In this document: piece after piece, positions 7,937-11,015 of the stretch
Numbering within the stretch: position 1 is the stretch's first letter
Layout of the letters: each line of letters begins with the position of its first letter
NCBI RefSeq assembly: GCF_006345805.1
Contig: NW_021827060.1
Coordinates: 1-11,015 of the forward strand
Length of the DNA: 11,015 nt
DNA from: Octopus sinensis
Taxonomy: Eukaryota
Direction: 5' to 3'
The notes under the pieces: model-generated
Database searches by the model: none
Seen by the model: only the letters and a program-made list of their open reading frames with translations
Told to the model about the DNA's origin: nothing
Position numbers and translations under genes: made by a program

Positions 7937-8172
7937 GTCTGTTTACATATGTATGTATATTTGTATATGTTGATTGTTATATGCATATACGTGTAATAGT
8001 ATATTGTGCATTAGTGAGCTTGCCTAAATTTATTTTATCTACTGATGTCTGAATGCGGGAGTACACGTATCTTACAAACGACGCTATATCTGTTATCTTA
8101 CGTTTCCTATACTCTTATTGCGTCGGTGCCTTCTATTCAGTTTTATTATCATATAGTGATAACATTACTCAC

Positions 8173-8265
8173 CTCCCAACTCTCTGAAACCATACCGTAA
8201 ACTTAATTTATACACATAAGGAAATGACCTTCTTAAAGTCACACTTCTTTCTACGACTCTGGAGG
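8173..8265 (-). other. Candidate 93-nt phase 1-1 internal exon of an unidentified gene
   Basis: Acceptor CTCTTGTCTACTCTACAAACAG, donor AG|GTGAGT, only one frame open (xSRVVERSVTLRRSFPYVYKLSLRYGFRELG). Peptide not recognised. Confidence 0.25.
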
Positions 8266-8550
8266 CTGTTTGTAGAGTAGACAAGAGGCTGATTGTTTGA
8301 TCAATTCATACTTCCATTCTCACTTCGCCTGTTGAATTGCATAAAATTTTATCCGGTTTCACTAGGCGAATTCATTACAACAAACATGTAAGCGACCGTT
8401 TCGCAAATTATCAAAAGAGAAGGAAACCTGAACATCTCTGAGTGGCAGATTAAAGTTACGTAATATGCGTGTTGTATGTATTTTGAAACATGTGTTGTAC
8501 GTAATAGCTTATATCATTCCTTTCATCCACAGATACAGGCAGACAGACAA

Positions 8551-8564
8551 ATAGATAAACAGAT

Positions 8565-8654
<90 letters not shown>
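8551..8654. repeat. (GATA)n
   Basis: Read directly; abuts the 3' end of the retroposon fragment at 8656. Confidence 0.95.
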
Positions 8655-8655
<1 letters not shown>

Positions 8656-8785
8656 GTTTCTTTATTGGCCACACAAGGCTGCACACAGATGGGACAAGTT
8701 ACAAGGTAGAGCTTTTCTTTTGGGGGAGAAAAAAAAAACAGGTGGCGTAGGTTTTCGATCAAAAGGGAAAAAAGAACAAAAAACG
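8656..8785 (-). mobile_element. 5'-truncated retroposon (LINE-like) 3' end, copy 1
   Basis: Colinear with 8918-9047. Minus strand ends ...GTGGCCAATAAAGAAAC, followed by (TATC)n. Confidence 0.7.
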
Positions 8786-8837
8786 TCGTCTGCTCGTCGT
8801 CCCGCCCGGACTAGTTCGAAGAGATCGAGACGAAAGG

Positions 8838-8917
8838 GTAGGTATGTATGTATGTATGTATGTATGTATGTATGTATGTATGTATGTAGGTATGTAGGTA
8901 GGTAGGTAGGTAGGTAT
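8838..8917. repeat. (GTAT)n-(GTAG)n
   Basis: Read directly. Confidence 0.95.
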
Positions 8918-9118
8918 GTTTCTTTATTAGCCACACAGGGCTGAACACAGACGGGACAAATTACAAAGCAGAGCTTTTCTTTTTGAGGAGGAAAAAATAA
9001 GTGGGGTAGGTTTTCGATCAAAAGGGATCGTAAAAAGGAAAGAAAAAAAAAACGATCAATAGGGATCGTGTATCATGATGTAAAGTGTGAAGGGGGAAGC
9101 AGATAAGGTTTATCCGTG
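8918..9118 (-). mobile_element. 5'-truncated retroposon (LINE-like) 3' end, copy 2
   Basis: Longer paralogue of 8656-8785. T-rich 3' UTR-like sequence on the minus strand ends AATAAAGAAAC, with (GTAG)n on both flanks. The 5' boundary is taken from where the repeat resumes. Confidence 0.7.
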
Positions 9119-9164
9119 GTAGGTAGGTAGGTAGGTAGGTAGATAGACAGATAGACATATAGAT

Positions 9165-9253
<89 letters not shown>

Positions 9254-9283
9254 TACATGTATATATATATATAATTATTATAT
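9119..9283. repeat. (GTAG)n-(GATA)n-(TA)n compound repeat
   Basis: Read directly. Confidence 0.94.
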
Positions 9284-9652
9284 GTAGAAAAATACAAACT
9301 GGGACAAGAACGCAAAACTCTTAGAAGACGATACAAAAAACACGAACGGGACATTCGGAGCCTTCAATCTTCAGTCAAGAACCGGATCATCGTAGCAATT
9401 TCGGCTGATTAATATATATATATAATGGTAGTTAATATTTAGTTATACAATGAAGTGAGCAAGATGCGAGTTAGAAAATTGCTTCCCTAAATAAAATCGG
9501 AGGATAACACTTTATATTTCGTATTGCAGTTCTGCAGTCGCCATTTTTCTTTTCTTTGCTTCTAAAGTAATTTATATCATGTTTTTCACATCCTATTTTA
9601 TAAGCTTTATCACAAGAGAATTTCCAATCACCCAAAATTGTTTGTTGATTTT

Positions 9653-9821
9653 ATCAATTTAAGGAATAGAGAGCTGATCAATTTATTGATACGACTCATG
9701 TAGGTTATCATCAATAATATTACTCTACTACGATCGGCGCAAACAACGTTTAATTACGGAAGTAAATCGATGGCATGATCTGTTATTGATGACACATTTA
9801 TCTGTAAGGATATTGATTGAT
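9653..9821. promoter_or_regulatory. Candidate cis-regulatory module: ATCAAT/ATTGAT cluster (Onecut/CUT- or Pbx-like)
   Basis: Seven ATCAAT/ATTGAT hexamers plus one AAATCGAT in 169 bp of non-repetitive DNA. Function is inferred only. Confidence 0.35.
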
Positions 9822-10067
9822 AAATATGGAGCGAAATCTAAGACGTAATCTACTATAAAAGAAATTTTTGTATTATTTGTATTATTCGTAAGACAGTCTA
9901 ATGTAATTTTCGTTGGTATGAATATAAGCATGCAGTACAATATACTGAAATTCGATAACGCGATAATAACGTAGTCGTGCTGTGATAGAATAATTTTATA
10001 GATAGGTTACGTCTTCGATGATATCTGGTTGTAAGATTAATTAAAAAGATAGTAGTATACAATCTTT

Positions 10068-10236
10068 TGTGTAGTAAGTAGTTTGCTTACGAACCACATG
10101 GTTCCGGGTTCAGTCCCGTTGTTTGGCACCTTGAGCAAGTGTCTTCTACTGTAGCCTCGGGCCGACCAATGCCTTGTGAGTGGATTTGGAAGACGGAAAC
10201 TGAAAGTAGTCCGTCGTATATATGTGTATATATATA

Positions 10237-10276
<40 letters not shown>

Positions 10277-10470
10277 AACATCGCTTGACAACGGAGGCTC
10301 GTGTGTTTACATCCCCGTAACTTAGCGGTTCGGCAAACTGACCGATAGAATAAGTACAAAGCTTACAAATAATAAGTCCAGGGATCGACTTGGTCGACTA
10401 AGGGCGATGCTCCAGCCTGGTCGCAATCAAATGACTGAAACAAGTAAAAGAGAGTAAAAGAGTAAAGAGT
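10068..10470 (+). mobile_element. SINE family A copy 4 (opposite orientation, head slightly truncated)
   Basis: TGTGTAGTAAGTAGTTTGCTTACGAACCACATGGTTCCGGGTTCAGTCCC ... internal (TG)n ... GAAACAAGTAAAAGAGAGTAAAAGAGTAAAGAG tail. Confidence 0.9.
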
Positions 10471-10987
10471 ATACATTATTCTTTCAACAATTCTAATGAT
10501 ATAGATACAATGGATAGCCGCAAATATTTGAACAAATATAGATCCAAGTTCAGTTCTTTCTTACTACAGTACATTCCGTTCTTCCAATGAGAACTTCTCA
10601 CCATCTCACGAATTAAACACTTTAGAAAAATAAATTCCAATTTCAAAATAAATTATGTATGACATCTAGCGAAAGTCATGGGACCTAGTTGTAATAATAA
10701 TAGTCTTAGATTCATAAAGTCGTGGATTTGGTTCCTAGAACAGAAGTACTTCATTTTTTTGTTTCTTCTTCTACTCGGTAGGAATAAATATCACCCAAGT
10801 ACAGCTGCAGCTCTCTTGTTCTCAGTCAGAATATAGATGTTCCACTGCATTAACTTCAGAAGGGAACAAAGAGTATTGATATATACTCATGACTACATGG
10901 GTACCTTACACGAAATAAGTTTAATACTCCGACCAGGAAACCTTGGACAGAAACCTTGGATTTCACATGGCCTTTGCGTGGGTTACG

Positions 10988-11015
10988 TACATACATACAT
11001 ACATACATACATACA
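10988..11015. repeat. (TACA)n running off the window end
   Basis: Read directly. Confidence 0.95.

Noticed and set aside
9330-9400. Possible hammerhead ribozyme on the minus strand (CTGAAGA...GAAT-GTC)
   Set aside because: The GAAA core is imperfect and the flanks cannot form stem I.
10054-10475. AGTATACA on both sides of SINE A copy 4 as a target-site duplication
   Set aside because: The left copy is separated from the SINE start by several bases and the right copy overlaps the tail. An 8-mer match in AT-rich DNA is weak.
10745-10860. Minus-strand LKLMQWNI...DI...ETK resembling a LINE APE endonuclease N-terminus
   Set aside because: It needs a frameshift, the spacing is off, and no downstream endonuclease motifs are visible.
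1-11015. CRISPR array or prokaryotic operon
   Set aside because: The repeats are microsatellites and dispersed SINEs with no repeat-spacer periodicity, and there is no prokaryote-like coding density.

Overview
Animal genomic DNA that is AT-rich, repeat-dense and mostly non-coding (intronic or intergenic). The SINE families look from memory like those of Octopus/coleoid cephalopods, which I cannot verify here. No complete host gene is supported, and most ORFs in the supplied track are translations of microsatellites or SINEs. The window holds ten copies of three tRNA-derived SINE families (called A, B and C here) and a structurally complete 400-bp non-autonomous Helitron (4881-5280). It also holds a LINE-like 3' fragment encoding three C2H2 zinc fingers (2839-3198), two 5'-truncated copies of a second retroposon 3' end inside tetranucleotide repeats (8656-8785, 8918-9118), and roughly a fifth simple repeats. 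The most interesting signals are a 41-nt 3' tail shared between one SINE and the retroposon ends, a TCGA-N5-TCGA hairpin shared by two SINE families, a dense ATCAAT/ATTGAT motif cluster in unique DNA (9653-9821), and a candidate 93-nt minus-strand exon (8173-8265).
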